From: Phoronis australis
Lineage: Eukaryota; Animalia; Phoronida
Reading direction: 5' to 3'
Assembly: GCA_002633005.1 (NCBI GenBank)
Contig: NMRA01000776.1
Span: forward strand, 56,948 to 120,947
DNA: 64,000 nucleotides
The translations under genes and the position numbers were made by a program. This document shows positions 1 to 12,400 of the stretch, in pieces. How positions within the stretch are numbered: position 1 is the first letter of the stretch; each line of letters starts with the position of its first letter. The notes under the pieces were generated by a model, which ran no database searches, had not been told where the DNA came from, and saw only the letters and a program-made list of their open reading frames with translations.

Positions 1-1086
1 GTCCACTACTTTGAAACATATACATGCTTTCGATAAACTTTTTTTCTGACCACAGGCCAGTATATATAGTTTTTAACAGAACAATTGAGGTTTGCCAAGA
101 TTGTTCATAAATCTCACCCTGATCGTTATCCTCCAGGTAGGCTTTGTTGGAATTTGCTGTGGACCAAACCAGTTGTTATTTTCTTCATTATTTTTGTTCT
201 TATAATTTCACTCCTATTTATCAGTTTCTATCATCATCATGTCTCACATTTCTTTCTCAACAGACTCTGCTTCTAGCTCTTGGTCCAGATCCTTCTACTT
301 TCCTGCTTCTACTGATTCTACTTGCATTTTATCAGTTATTCAGTTGGACATAACGATCTCTTGGACACACGGTCAAAGCCTCCTTCATTTGGCTCTCCCC
401 TCCACCTATCGGACGGTACTTTTCAGCTCCTGATGCTGTTGAAGAGTCCGCGAAGAAGTACCATATGCCAACACCACCTCTTAAGTCACGGACAGACAAA
501 TACTGACAAGACCTATCTAGCTATTTCTTTTTTCTTTTCACAACCTTGTAGTTTAATAGTATTATGTCACCTTTTGTTAAATGTGCATAATTTCCAAGTA
601 GAGTAACATTTTCGCATAACACTGTTCAAATAATTATGAATCATAGTATTCTTTCAGGTCCTCGGATATCTGTCTTGGTTTAATATCCATTAATTTACGA
701 TGAAGATGAGGCTATCTACTCCTTTCGGCTGATTGATGACTTTGGTCAAAGGGACTTTGAAGTGCTGGAATAACTCAGTGTTGTATATAGATACTCTAAT
801 GACTTATGACAGTCAGAAAGGGTTTGGTCCCCCCTTCCTTAAGGACGCCACAAGTCTGTGTAAGGAACTCCACTGAGCGTCTGTTTACTGGAAGGTACTC
901 CACTGTCAATTGTCACTGAAAGGGTATTGCCCCTCCTTCCTTGAGGATGCCTTGAGAACTTTATTTATCTGTCCATCATAAATTCTTTTTTGTGCTCATA
1001 AAACTTGAGACAATTTTAGGATTATGAATATTGCAGTTGTTGGTTTTATAGCATGAACATTCATGACAGGGTCTTCATTTTATTAC

Positions 1087-1528
1087 ATTGTTGTGGAAAG
1101 TTTATGTAAAAGTTTTATTTATTATATGTCTTTCAGAAGCTTGTATTAAAATGTTCTATTTATAATACTTGTTATCAATACATTTTTGAAATGATGTTTG
1201 TTTATCTTTGATTTTTATTTAATGTAAATGATTTTGACAAAGTTAAGCCGGTTGCAAACAGCATGATTGTTAAAAACAATATCACAAATAATATCAATAA
1301 TTTGCTNATTGTTGTGGAAAGTTTATGTAAAAGTTTTATTTATTATATGTCTTTCAGAAGCTTGTATTAAAATGTTCTATTTATAATACTTGTTATCAAT
1401 ACATTTTTTGAAATGATGTTTGTTTATCTTTGATTTTTATTTAATGTAAATTATTTTGACAAAGTTAAGCCGGTTGCAAACAGCATGATTGTTAAAAACA
1501 ATATCACAAATAATATCAATAATTTGCT
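1087..1528. repeat. ~220-bp near-identical direct duplication across an N (probable assembly overlap)
   Basis: 1087-1306 repeated at 1308-1528, separated by a single N at 1307. Confidence 0.9.
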
Positions 1529-2327
1529 CAATCAATCATCAAGTTTCAACTTTCCTGATGAAAAATCTTTAAAATGATACCTTATTTGTTTTTTTCCTGG
1601 AGTAAGTGTTATTTTATGAAAATTCGAAATCGCAAAATTGTGCGTTTAAGTGACTTCTCATCGGCTGTGTTGACTATAAGGTCAATATCTTCGCACAGGA
1701 ACGTCTAATAGAAATGGTTTTTTTGATAAATTATTCATCATAAAAAGTTCTTTAAAATGATGTATTACGTGTCTATTTACGTTTCTTAGTTTTGAAATAA
1801 TAATATTTTGAACTCGCAGATTCGAATTGACAGAATTTTTACCAAAAAGTTTGACACGAAAATGACATTTTCTCCGGAACCATAACATAAGTCCAATTTA
1901 AAAAATTTTACTATCGTTATTTTAGTCTCGAAAAGAGCTTTCTAATGATGTATATTACATGCACATTTTCTAAAATTTTTGAAAAATGCTGTTCTCCCTA
2001 TCAATAGTCTATTGATTTAGGGCTACGTGCGTTCGCAATCTGAATTAAGAGACTGGCGGCAAAACGCCGAGCCATTTATTTTCGATTACTACAAGATTGT
2101 TTTGATTCTACGTGCTACGAAACACAATGCAAACTAAGAGTTCACTTGTTTGGTGGTTACAAAGTGAACTGTTCCCTGACGACTGAGCACATAGGCCATC
2201 ACTGCAACTGGAGTGAAAACTGTGGTGCTACGAATACGTGATGTTTATGTGTTACGAATGGGGCCACTGGCTCTCAACAACAGTTTGATTGAACTTAGAA
2301 AAACAAGACCAAAAACGTTCCAATTAC

Positions 2328-2394
2328 CTTCTTTTGCAGCGCATTCGCTGCATTCTATCGTGGCTTCAATGTTCTCGCACTGCTCGCACAACAT
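2328..2394 (-). other. Candidate first coding exon with a B-box-like CxxC-x7-CxxC motif (second copy at 4107-4173)
   Basis: caaaATG then MLCEQCENIEATIECSECAAKE then GTAATT donor; identical coding sequence in both copies. Confidence 0.4.
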
Positions 2395-2706
2395 TTTGGG
2401 GAACTTCTGGTTTTCCACCAACACGTGTGATAGTTAAATTGTTGTTTTCTTCAGACACTGAGCGGCGCTGAATAAGTTGTATTTCCCGGCATTCCCAAAG
2501 TCCCGTATGTCTGTAAACTGAGTAGCCGACTTGTGCAAAATCACTGAGAGCTAATTTACTATAATCCAAAACGACTGTGGGTTACATTCAGTGCACAGGG
2601 AGCCAGTACTTGAATGTCTCGTCTACTGTTGTCAAAAAATGACTGAGAAAAATAATATTTTACATTTTTTCGATTTGTCAATGAAGATCGAGTCATCGAA
2701 CGCGCT

Positions 2707-2790
2707 CTCGCTGGTTCCCTGCGTGCCGCTAGATGGGGCGGTAGCCGTGGGCTAAGCACGCAATCTAGCGGCACGCAGGGAACCAGCGAG
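2707..2790. mobile_element. 84-bp MITE with perfect 28-bp TIRs and a 10-bp TSD
   Basis: TIR ctcgctggttccctgcgtgccgctagat at 2707-2734 and its reverse complement at 2763-2790; cgaacgcgct on both sides; empty site in the duplicate copy at about 4480-4489. Confidence 0.88.
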
Positions 2791-5700
2791 CGAACGCGCT
2801 GAGACTAAACTTCCCGACCCGCCCGCCAAAGACAATCTCACAATGTCTAGTACCAGTGTAATTCACTTTCTCCTGTAATGAAATTCCCAGAAAAAACCCC
2901 CGCAAAATTCACGATTTTTGAAAAGCGCGACTTGAGTAGGGAATCACAAGTCTCCATCCCCGGACGTTATGAGTCACGCGGCAAAAAGTGCGCTGTCATG
3001 CGACGTTCACCGACCGTGACAGCTTGAACTCTCGATTCGGATGTTTAGTGGTGACGGCCCACTGACGCAGCGTCACCTATACTGAAACGTGGTAGCATTG
3101 CAAAAGCGTAAGTGATGACGTGTTATGGTATAGTTGACGCAAGTGGACCCGGAAATAAGAATAGACATGCCATCACGACTCTGTCCAAAAAGACGTCATA
3201 ATGACGTCATGCTAAGTATTCCTGGTGTTTTGCTTCAGTTACATCAAAAGTCAAAGGTCACACCTTACATATAAGGGAAATGTACTACGTCCATCTTTTG
3301 CTTTACCAAATGAGGAGACGTGCTTTAAGTTATGGTCAGTGAGAGACTTCACACTGTGGATAGCCGTTGAGATTTGAAACTAAAAAGAAACTGCTTTAAT
3401 GTCAACAGACATTCAAACTCTTTACGAGCGAGCCCTAAAAATAACATGTGAGCAGGTTGAATTTTGTTTCAGTCTGGCTGACATAACTGACTGTGCAATT
3501 TTAACCTGCCCACATGTTATTTTAGAGTTTAAAAACTCTGTAGACTAAATGTTGTCGAAACTTACAGGGGAGGTACATCATGAGGCGGCGGGAGCGAGCA
3601 CGCTTTGAATCTCACTATATTCACGAACAACTGAAGCTGCTTTGGTTATAAAGCTTACTCCTATTCCAGGCTGAAACTTTCGCTTTTTAAATGTTAATGA
3701 AACATGTTTTTAATTTTGCTGACAAATGTACATGTAGCTAAAGTTCTACTTANAAAATTTTTGAAAAATGCTGTTCTCCCTATCAATAGTCTATTGATTT
3801 AGGGCTACGTGCGTTCGCAATCTGAATTAAAGAGACTGGCGGCAAAACGCCGAGCCATTTATTTTCGATTACTACAAGATTGTTTTGATTCTAAGCGCTA
3901 CGAAACACAATGCAAAATAAGAGTTCACTTGTTTGGTGGTTACGAAGTGAACTCATTCCCTGACGACTAAACACATAGGCCATCACTGCAACTGGAGTGA
4001 AAACTGTGGTGCTAACGAAAACGTGATGTGTTACGAATGGGGCCACTGGCTCTCAACAACAGTTTGATTGAACTTTGAAAAACAAGACCAAAAACGTTCC
4101 AATTACCTTCTTTTGCAGCGCATTCGCTGCATTCTATCGTGGCTTCAATGTTCTCGCACTGCTCGCACAACATTTTGAGGAACTTCTGGTTTTCCACCAA
4201 CACGTGTGATAGTTAAATTGATGTTTTCTTCAGACACTGAGCGGCGCTGAATAAGTTGTATTTCCCGGCATTCCCAAAGTCCCGTATGTCTGTAAACTGC
4301 GGAGTAGCTGACTTGTGCAAAATCAGAGCTAATTTACTATAATCCAAAACGACTGTGGGTTACATTCAGTGCACAGGGAGCCAGTACTTGAACGTCTCGT
4401 CTACTGTTGTCAAAAAATGACAGAGAAAAATAGTATTTTACATTTTTTCGATTTTTCAGTGAAGATCGAGTCATCATGCCGAACGCCCTGAGACTAAACT
4501 TCCCGACCCGCCTGGCTAAAGACAAGTACAATCTCACAATGTCTAGTACAGTGTAATTCACTTTCTCCTTAATGAAATTCCCAGAAAAAAACCCGCAAAA
4601 TTCACGATTTTTGAAAAGCGCGAGTAGGGAATCACAAGTCTCCATCCCCGTTATGATCACGCGGCAAAAAGTGCGCTCATGCGGCGTTCACAGCTTGAAC
4701 TCTCGGTTCGGATGTTTAGTGGTGACGGCCCACTGACGCAGCGTCACCTATACTGAAACGTGGTAGCATTGCAAAAGCGTAAGTGATGACGTGTTATGGT
4801 ATAGCTGACGCAAGTGGACCCGGAAATAGAGACATGCCATCATGACTGTCCAAAAAGACGTCATAGGCCTAATGACGTAATGCTAAGTATTCCTGATGTT
4901 TTGCTTACATCAAAAGTCAAAGGTCACACCTTACATATAAGGGAAATGTACTTCGTCCATCTTTTGCTTTACCAAATGAGGAGACGTGCTTTAATTGTGG
5001 GAGACTTCACACTGTGGATAGCAGTTAGTTTTTTTTCAAGTTGAGATTTGAAACTAAAAAGAAACTCAGTGCTTTGACTGGATGTCAACAGACATTCAAA
5101 CTCTTTACGAGCGAGCCCTAAAAATAACATGTGAGCAGGTTGAATTTTGTTTCAGTCTAGCAGACATAACTGACTGTGCAATTAAACTCTGTAGACTAAA
5201 AGTTGTCGAAACTTAGGGGAGGTACATCATCAGGCGGCGGGAGCGAGCACGCTTGAATCTCATAGTATTCATGAACAACTGAAGCTGCTTTGGTTATAAA
5301 GCTTACTCCTATTCCAGGCTGAAACTTTCGCTTTTTAAATGTTAATGAAACATGTTTTTAATTTTGATCACAAATGTACACCTGTACATGTAGCTAAAGT
5401 TCTACTTATATGGCCGAAAGGAAGTACTGGTTATAGGCATAATGGAGGGGGGGGGACCAATTTACGGCTGGCAAATCGACGTGATGACGTCGTTTTGATG
5501 TTATAGGGGGGCTAACTGAAGATTTTCAATATGACCATACATTTTGATTGCGTCCATTTTCATCAGACTAAACGTGTCCCACGTTATCCCATACTCAGGT
5601 TAGATGTGATCTCAGGGTTTGCAAAGAACACGATGGGGATATTAATATAATTTTATTTAAATTATCAATAACATTCAACAATTAAATGATTACTTAAATG

Positions 5701-6367
5701 GTTTATGTATAAATTCTCAAGACAGTGGTTACAGCGTATATAGCTTAAATGCAATTTAATAAAATTATCATTGTATTAGTACACCATTTTGATAAGGCAA
5801 ATGACATGATATTCTATCAGTGCCATTAGGGCAATAAAAGACTACTATTCTAGCCTTGCTGCTAACTCATACACTGCCAAACAGGGAAGTGGCTTCAGTG
5901 GAGTGACTTGTATCCAGGACAGAGCTAACGTCACGTGATAATCAAATGCATTACACCTAACAATGGTAAATATTTTTTTTTTGTTCCCGGACTTACTGTA
6001 CTTTTTAGTATGCCTGGGCATGGATGACATGCTATAAGAACTGTGCAGCACAGTGTTTCAATGTAAACTGAAACCGATGGGTATAGGAGAGGGGGGGGTG
6101 GAGGATGGGAGGGGTCAGCAATACTACAGTCGGCATAGAAAATTCTACCTTTAAGTTATAAAGTGCATATAATGGCAAGGGAACTTTCAAACCATAAACA
6201 CGGCAAGAGACGAATCAGTTTTGGTATCAATGCAAGTCAATTGACAGATTTTTGACATAATTTTATGACAACAAGAAACATCTCTTTCGACATAGAACAA
6301 TGAGATATCAAACTTGCAGTACTTTCATATTTCAGTAGTAAAAGAACAAATATTGCGCAGATATCAT

Positions 6368-6457
6368 CTAAAGTTTTGCTTGCTGTTGAAATAGAACAGA
6401 CAACTTCTGACTCAGCATGATGTTTCCTTTTACCTTCAGCTTGCCCTTCATAAAGGC
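6368..6457 (-). CDS. HSD17B4: HSD17B4 last exon ([29 protein letters not shown])
   Basis: 90 nt ending AKL-TAG, a PTS1 peroxisomal targeting signal. Confidence 0.96.
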   Translation of the reverse strand, partial: AFMKGKLKVKGNIMLSQKLSVLFQQQAKL

Positions 6458-9400
6458 CTACAAAGAAACATAGAGCAAACAGTAAGCACACAACAGACAC
6501 ACATGTTGTCAGCACAGCCTCAAGAACAGGTGAGGGACATGACGGATAACCACTAGCTGTGAAGTTCATTACATTCCATCACTCATCCCCAAGTGATTGT
6601 TAGCCTACCAAGGATTTCCTTATCAGATTTTTCACTGGAAACACAAACTAAAACTAGTCTGAGCGAACGGGTTCATTCATGCACTGATTGCATTTTGTTG
6701 GCTAAACTGAGAAACATAATAACAACTTCCAGCTCACTTGTTGAAAATAAGGATTTATGTGGCTTGATGTGTTTCAAATTTACACCTTTCTTAATTTGAT
6801 TATGAGTTGGTAGGAATAATTAACTTTTATTAATAAATTCATACCAGCACGTTGTCTCACAATTACAACTTAGTGTCTAATGAAATGCTAAAAGCTTTAT
6901 TTGAATGTACAAGGCAAATAATCAGTGCATTATTTTAAGATATTTTGTGTCAGTGTTATAATATTTTGCTACACTATTTGGTAGTAAGAAGTAGTCAATT
7001 GTTGTATTTGTTTTAATTTTAGTCAATCGTTTGAAGATTCACGTCAGTTGTGCTCCTGTGAGCAGGAACACATCTTGGCAGATACAGATTCTGAACTGAA
7101 GCAAACGACAAAAACAGAGTAAAAAATAATAAAAATGGCCAACTACTTGGTGCAGAATACATCAAATTCATCACAAAAAGTATAGCTGCTGATGTCTTCA
7201 TAGTAAAAATTTGCCAATTTTGTGTATGTGAAAAGCAACAAGGAACTCTGAAGTTGAGGCAAGCATAAAAAAATAAAATTGCCACAAGGAAGCACAACTG
7301 TAGTTGGATTGTTCTGTAACTGGCCGTCAACTGTTGCCATCTCCATAGGAACACATCTGCTAAATTTCACACTCTTGCAAAATGTAAAGGAGAAACAACC
7401 GAGGACACAAAAAAATAAAATTGCCACGGGGGGAAGGGCAGAGTAGTTGTCATCACATCTGAAAATAAACGTCATCCTCGGTCATCTGATCAAGAATACA
7501 TCTCCAGAGTTTAATAAAGATCCTTCAACCAGTTTGGTGGATGGAGAGGATGATGTCAAAAACACACAGTAAATTTTTTAAATGGCCACCGAGTGGCGCA
7601 GAATATGTCAGATCTGCCCGAAAGTGAGAAGGCGCCATCTTCTTCTTAAAAGAAAGCTGTTTGCAAATCATGATACTATGAAGTCACTGTAATTTGAATT
7701 TTAAAATTCAATTACTAAGTATCTCAACGCATGCCTACCTGCTGTGGATTGAGCTTGCCAGTAACCATTGCGATCAAATCCTCATCTGAGAGAGTGAGTT
7801 GACACCCTGCCTTTCCTTGTTTAGGGTCTCCCCGGTAGATGGCACCACTGCTGTTTTTCAAGTCCACAGCTAGGCATAAAGATGAGCATTACAAACAGAC
7901 CATTAGTTACAGAATACTCATGTGTCTCAATGATACCAGCTTTGAGTTTGTACTAAGAAAACAATTGTTAAGGATGTCTCTTACAGGTCAAAACAAATAC
8001 GACAACATACCTATAAATTCATTGCAAATGATGCCTTCGATAATGTTTGTCACAAATAATGTTTTCAACATAATAAGTGAACAACAAGACATTAGGAAGT
8101 TGTGAACTGCAACAGAGGGTTAGAGTGACATTTTTTCTGCACGTACCTTCGCAGCGTATTAATAAGGCAACAAGAATCAGCATACTGCTTGTGCGTAGTG
8201 CGTACCTGGTGGCTAAGGTGAAGGCAAGACTAACTTTTGGAGTATATGAAAGTGGTTGTCCCTCAATACTTCATCAAAGAAAATATTTTCTGACTGCTTA
8301 AAATCTGCTGTATAAACCGCTGGGTGAAACAATGAGGTACTTACTCCACCTAGCAGCCTCCTCCCCATCTTTAGTGACAATCCATAAATAGACGGCGCCA
8401 ACTTTTTTGACAAGGTCTGTGGACAACTTCTCTTCCATTCCCTTGAAGACGGCGTCGCTGGCCAACGGAGCTGCTCCCTGATGGCAATGAAGGGAAACTG
8501 AAGTTACTTGACATTTACACAGAACATTTTTATCGCACATTATAGAGGTGAAGGTCACATATAAATCTGGAAGCTTTAGAACCCTGAAGACAGAGTTCTG
8601 CCTTAAATTAAATCATTTTAAGTCTTGGATTTAGTGACTACTGATCAAACTCAGCATTTATAATCTAAGCTTATGATAGCAATGAGTGACACAAGGAAGA
8701 CAATCGATTAGCCACAGATTCCTTCTCCATTCAGCTTAGGATAACTCTGTCTAACACAGCAGTGTTAAGCATCAAACATGCATTTGACAACAGTTGGTAT
8801 ATTTCCCACCTCTGAGACCTGCGTTTATTCAAAATGAACTGCCTGTAAATATAAAGGTCGAACCACTTTGAGGGGCAGTGACGTACTGAAAAAAGTGGAG
8901 GGCCATAGCCCCCCCCCCAGCCTCCTATGGTGTTCCGCCCATGATACAGTAACCAACAACCACCAGCGGGGGCAGTGCTCCAACATTTCCAAAGTACAAA
9001 TCACTCTACGAGGTAAAAAACACAAGTCATATAGCTGGTAACGTTTACTAATAAAATGAGTTTAAGTGTTAATATTAAAAACATTCTACAAATTTGCTAA
9101 ATGGAACATCGCATGTCAACAAATTTTTGGTACACTAAACTTTTAACCTAATACTCATACCAAATAAAGCCACATCACATTTAACAAAATTTAGGTCATT
9201 ATAATGTTAGCTTGTACATTAAAACCCCTAAACAACAGCATTTACCCGACCCAGACTTACACTAAAATTTTGCTTATTTAATAAAGTAACAATAATAATG
9301 GACTAGTTAATTTTTGATCTTTCATTTTTATCAAAAATAACTAGAATCCAATAAATGCTAATCACCAGCTTCATGTTTCCAAATAACTACCACCAGGAAT

Positions 9401-12400
9401 GAGACATTTTGGGCACTCACAACAATGTTAGAAACAGGGAAATAATTAATAAAAACTATTTTTAGGCAAAATCGATGAGATTTCACCATGCCACAAAAAC
9501 ATAATTTATCCAGAATTCAACTGAAATGGATATGATGCAATCACAACAGTACTAAGTCTAAGTCTTCTGTAATATTTAGTTCCTCTCAAGCCCATGAATG
9601 ACATTAAACACAAGAAAGGAGCACGTGGGACCACAAAGAAAGGACCAAGTGTGACCAAATCTATAGCGGTGAGTGGTCTAGCACAAATGCTAAGCGTTTT
9701 TTAATTCACAAGTCTCCAAAGTCTCGTAGAAAGCCATTCACCTGAGTTGCACTTGTCTTTGATTCTCCTGCATCCCGCACAAGGTCAACATAGCCTCCAC
9801 TCAATGAAACATTTCCATTCTCAACAACCTAGCGATCAAGAAGAATATATAATTATGTCATCTTATTGTATCGATGGATGCACACATACACATACATGTA
9901 CTGTAAACTCGCAGGTTAACGTGGATGCCCGGGTAATCGCCCACCCCCGAATTTTCCCAAATTTCGATGTAAGTGCCCACTGTTCGGGTAATCGCTCATC
10001 CCCAACTTTCTGCTAACAGAACCTGGAGTTTGAACTAGTGGCTTTGGTCGCAGCTTTGCCATGGGCTCGGACTTCCGTGTCTGCGGGAAACACAGTATGC
10101 TTACGTATGATAGTCTCGAAAAGTGCGTCTTTTAGCTGGCACTCATGGAATAACTTAATAAGCGCTGTAACTACCTTTCCATGAATTTATTAGCTGGTCT
10201 TTTGTTAAATTAATATATGTCAAGTTGAAAACTCAGTAGATCTTAATAGAACTTTTGGCAGTTTTCTACTACGAGATTAGCCATCAACGTTCACTTACGA
10301 TCTCAATCGGACTGTGAAGTTTATTCGCGAGTACAAGTGGCACACACGGAGCATTTGTTTTTGCTAGATCCCCCGGGTCGGTACCTCTTCTTGTTGTACA
10401 CACACAGAGCACGTTATTTTAGTAACTTTAAATCTCCAGATTTGAATTGAGCAATTAAACACACCCATCCTCTTGCAATTGCAAAGTTTGGGTCAGGCCA
10501 GGAGCGAATCGACTCTGATTTAATCGAGGAAACGAAACATATTCATTCTCAATGATCTGAAACAGTACTAACCTGCTGATACGGTAAGTGGACTGCCATT
10601 CGAGTTTCATAAAGTTCTGCAGTATGACATTTTGCAGCATGCTAAATAAACATTCATGAAAACATCTGAGTTTTTAGCAATGGTCTCACAAAATCACCCT
10701 TTGAAACTCGAAATCCTGTTTCTGTTTGAGCCGTGAGAAACTTTGTGGTTATTGGGTTCCCTTGATTAACCGAACTTACAATTTCCATGCTTGAATGAAC
10801 ACCTAGCACGATTGTGCAGTTCTACTAAAAATAATTTGGACGTAAGCAGCCACTGCTTGGGTAACCGGTCACCATCCCCCCCCCCGGGTTTTGCTAATTT
10901 CCGGTTTAAGAGCCCACTGCTTGGGTAATTTGGGTAATTGGCCATCCCGAACTTTTGCGAATTTTCGGTTTTGGCGCCCACCTGTCTCAGTGTTTCCCAA
11001 TTGAAGTGCCCAAGGCAATATCCCGGTAAGTTTATGGTATGTCAAAGCTCTACATATTATGTAGCTACAAGAGTACTGAATGACCATTAAGAGGTATCCA
11101 TCTAAGGCAGAATAGCCGCGATAAATGTTGTCAGCCAATCTACTGAATATATAACCTGTTGATCCCACCAATCGCGGAATATGGCAAAGTACCAGATTAT
11201 GAAGAGATAGTGTTCATTTAATTGATTGGGGAGCATTCACCCGTTACTAAGATATTGTGGGTACTTTTTGGTATTAGCTTAAAGGCAGATAGAGAGCCAA
11301 TTATGAAATGGTTCATTGTTATGGAATCAGTTTTCAACTTTCAGAAATAGTACCCGCAACAAAAGAGCTCCTACATTTTAGCGTCCTACATTTTTAGCGT
11401 CCTACATTTTAGCCCCTGTGGCCACAAAACCAAAATTTGAATCAAGGTCTCACAAAGTGTAATTTAGTGATTTAAACTTAGTTTTCCAAAAATGATGAAT
11501 GTCTTTTTATTAAAAATGAAAAAATATACCAAACAATTTGATAAATTTTCTAAGGAATAATAATTTTTGTCTTAATTTTTGCCATAATTTTCAATAACAG
11601 ATTCAACCAATTTTTTTGCAAAGTATTTTCAACACTCCATTCTACAAAAGGCACGAAACAAGCTGGTTACCCTGGTTTCAAAGAAGACACGGGTTCCTTC
11701 CAACCACATATCGGTAGCAAGAGTCTGACCGGGTAGAACTGGTTTGGACATACGCGTCTGAAAATAAAAGTTCAAACTGAAACTGTAGGTTCAGTAACCA
11801 ATCAATGGTAATTGATAAAAGTCTAAATCCAGTAAAAATAAATTTATTACCAAGAAGCATCAGAAATCATGCTGTGCACTTAATACTTATCTTTAGTCAC
11901 ACTCAAATTGGGAACAACTGTTTGCTTCACGAGTTGTTCTAGAACTATTGAGGTAGTCATGCTGTTGTGAACCACCTTCAAATGGTAGGTAGCACCAGAT
12001 CACTTTGTTCCGGATCACCAAGTTCCCGGAGCATTCGGTCATGTAAACACCACAAGGAAAAAAATAAGAACTACATCCAGTGATGGGGTTATGATATTAA
12101 TTGTCAGCCTTCCTGACGTTCTTTCAAGATGAGGTTATGGTAAAAATTGTCGGCATTCTTGATGTCCTTCCAAGTTTCATCAAATAATTGTTTACTGTGA
12201 ACCAGTCCTGTAAAAGCGACTTCTTGATAAATGGCCGGAAAATTTTCATTCGTTTATGATTACGTGACCACATTTTTGTGCTATTTTTCTCTTTTTAACT
12301 TAAAAAAAACTTTCTAAAAATCCTAAACTATGGTAAACAAATGACATGTTTGGTCATTCTTTTACAGATAACATCCAGGTAGCCATGTCTCAGACTTTTA

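Larger units (their letters stand above)
1972..5408. repeat. ~1.7-kb diverged duplication across an N (probable two haplotypes)
   Basis: 1972-3752 vs 3754-5408, N at 3753, many small indels and SNPs. Confidence 0.9.

Noticed and set aside
6237-7475. Hydrophobic 110-aa minus ORFs
   Set aside because: Off-frame overlap of the last HSD17B4 exon and degenerate intronic repeats
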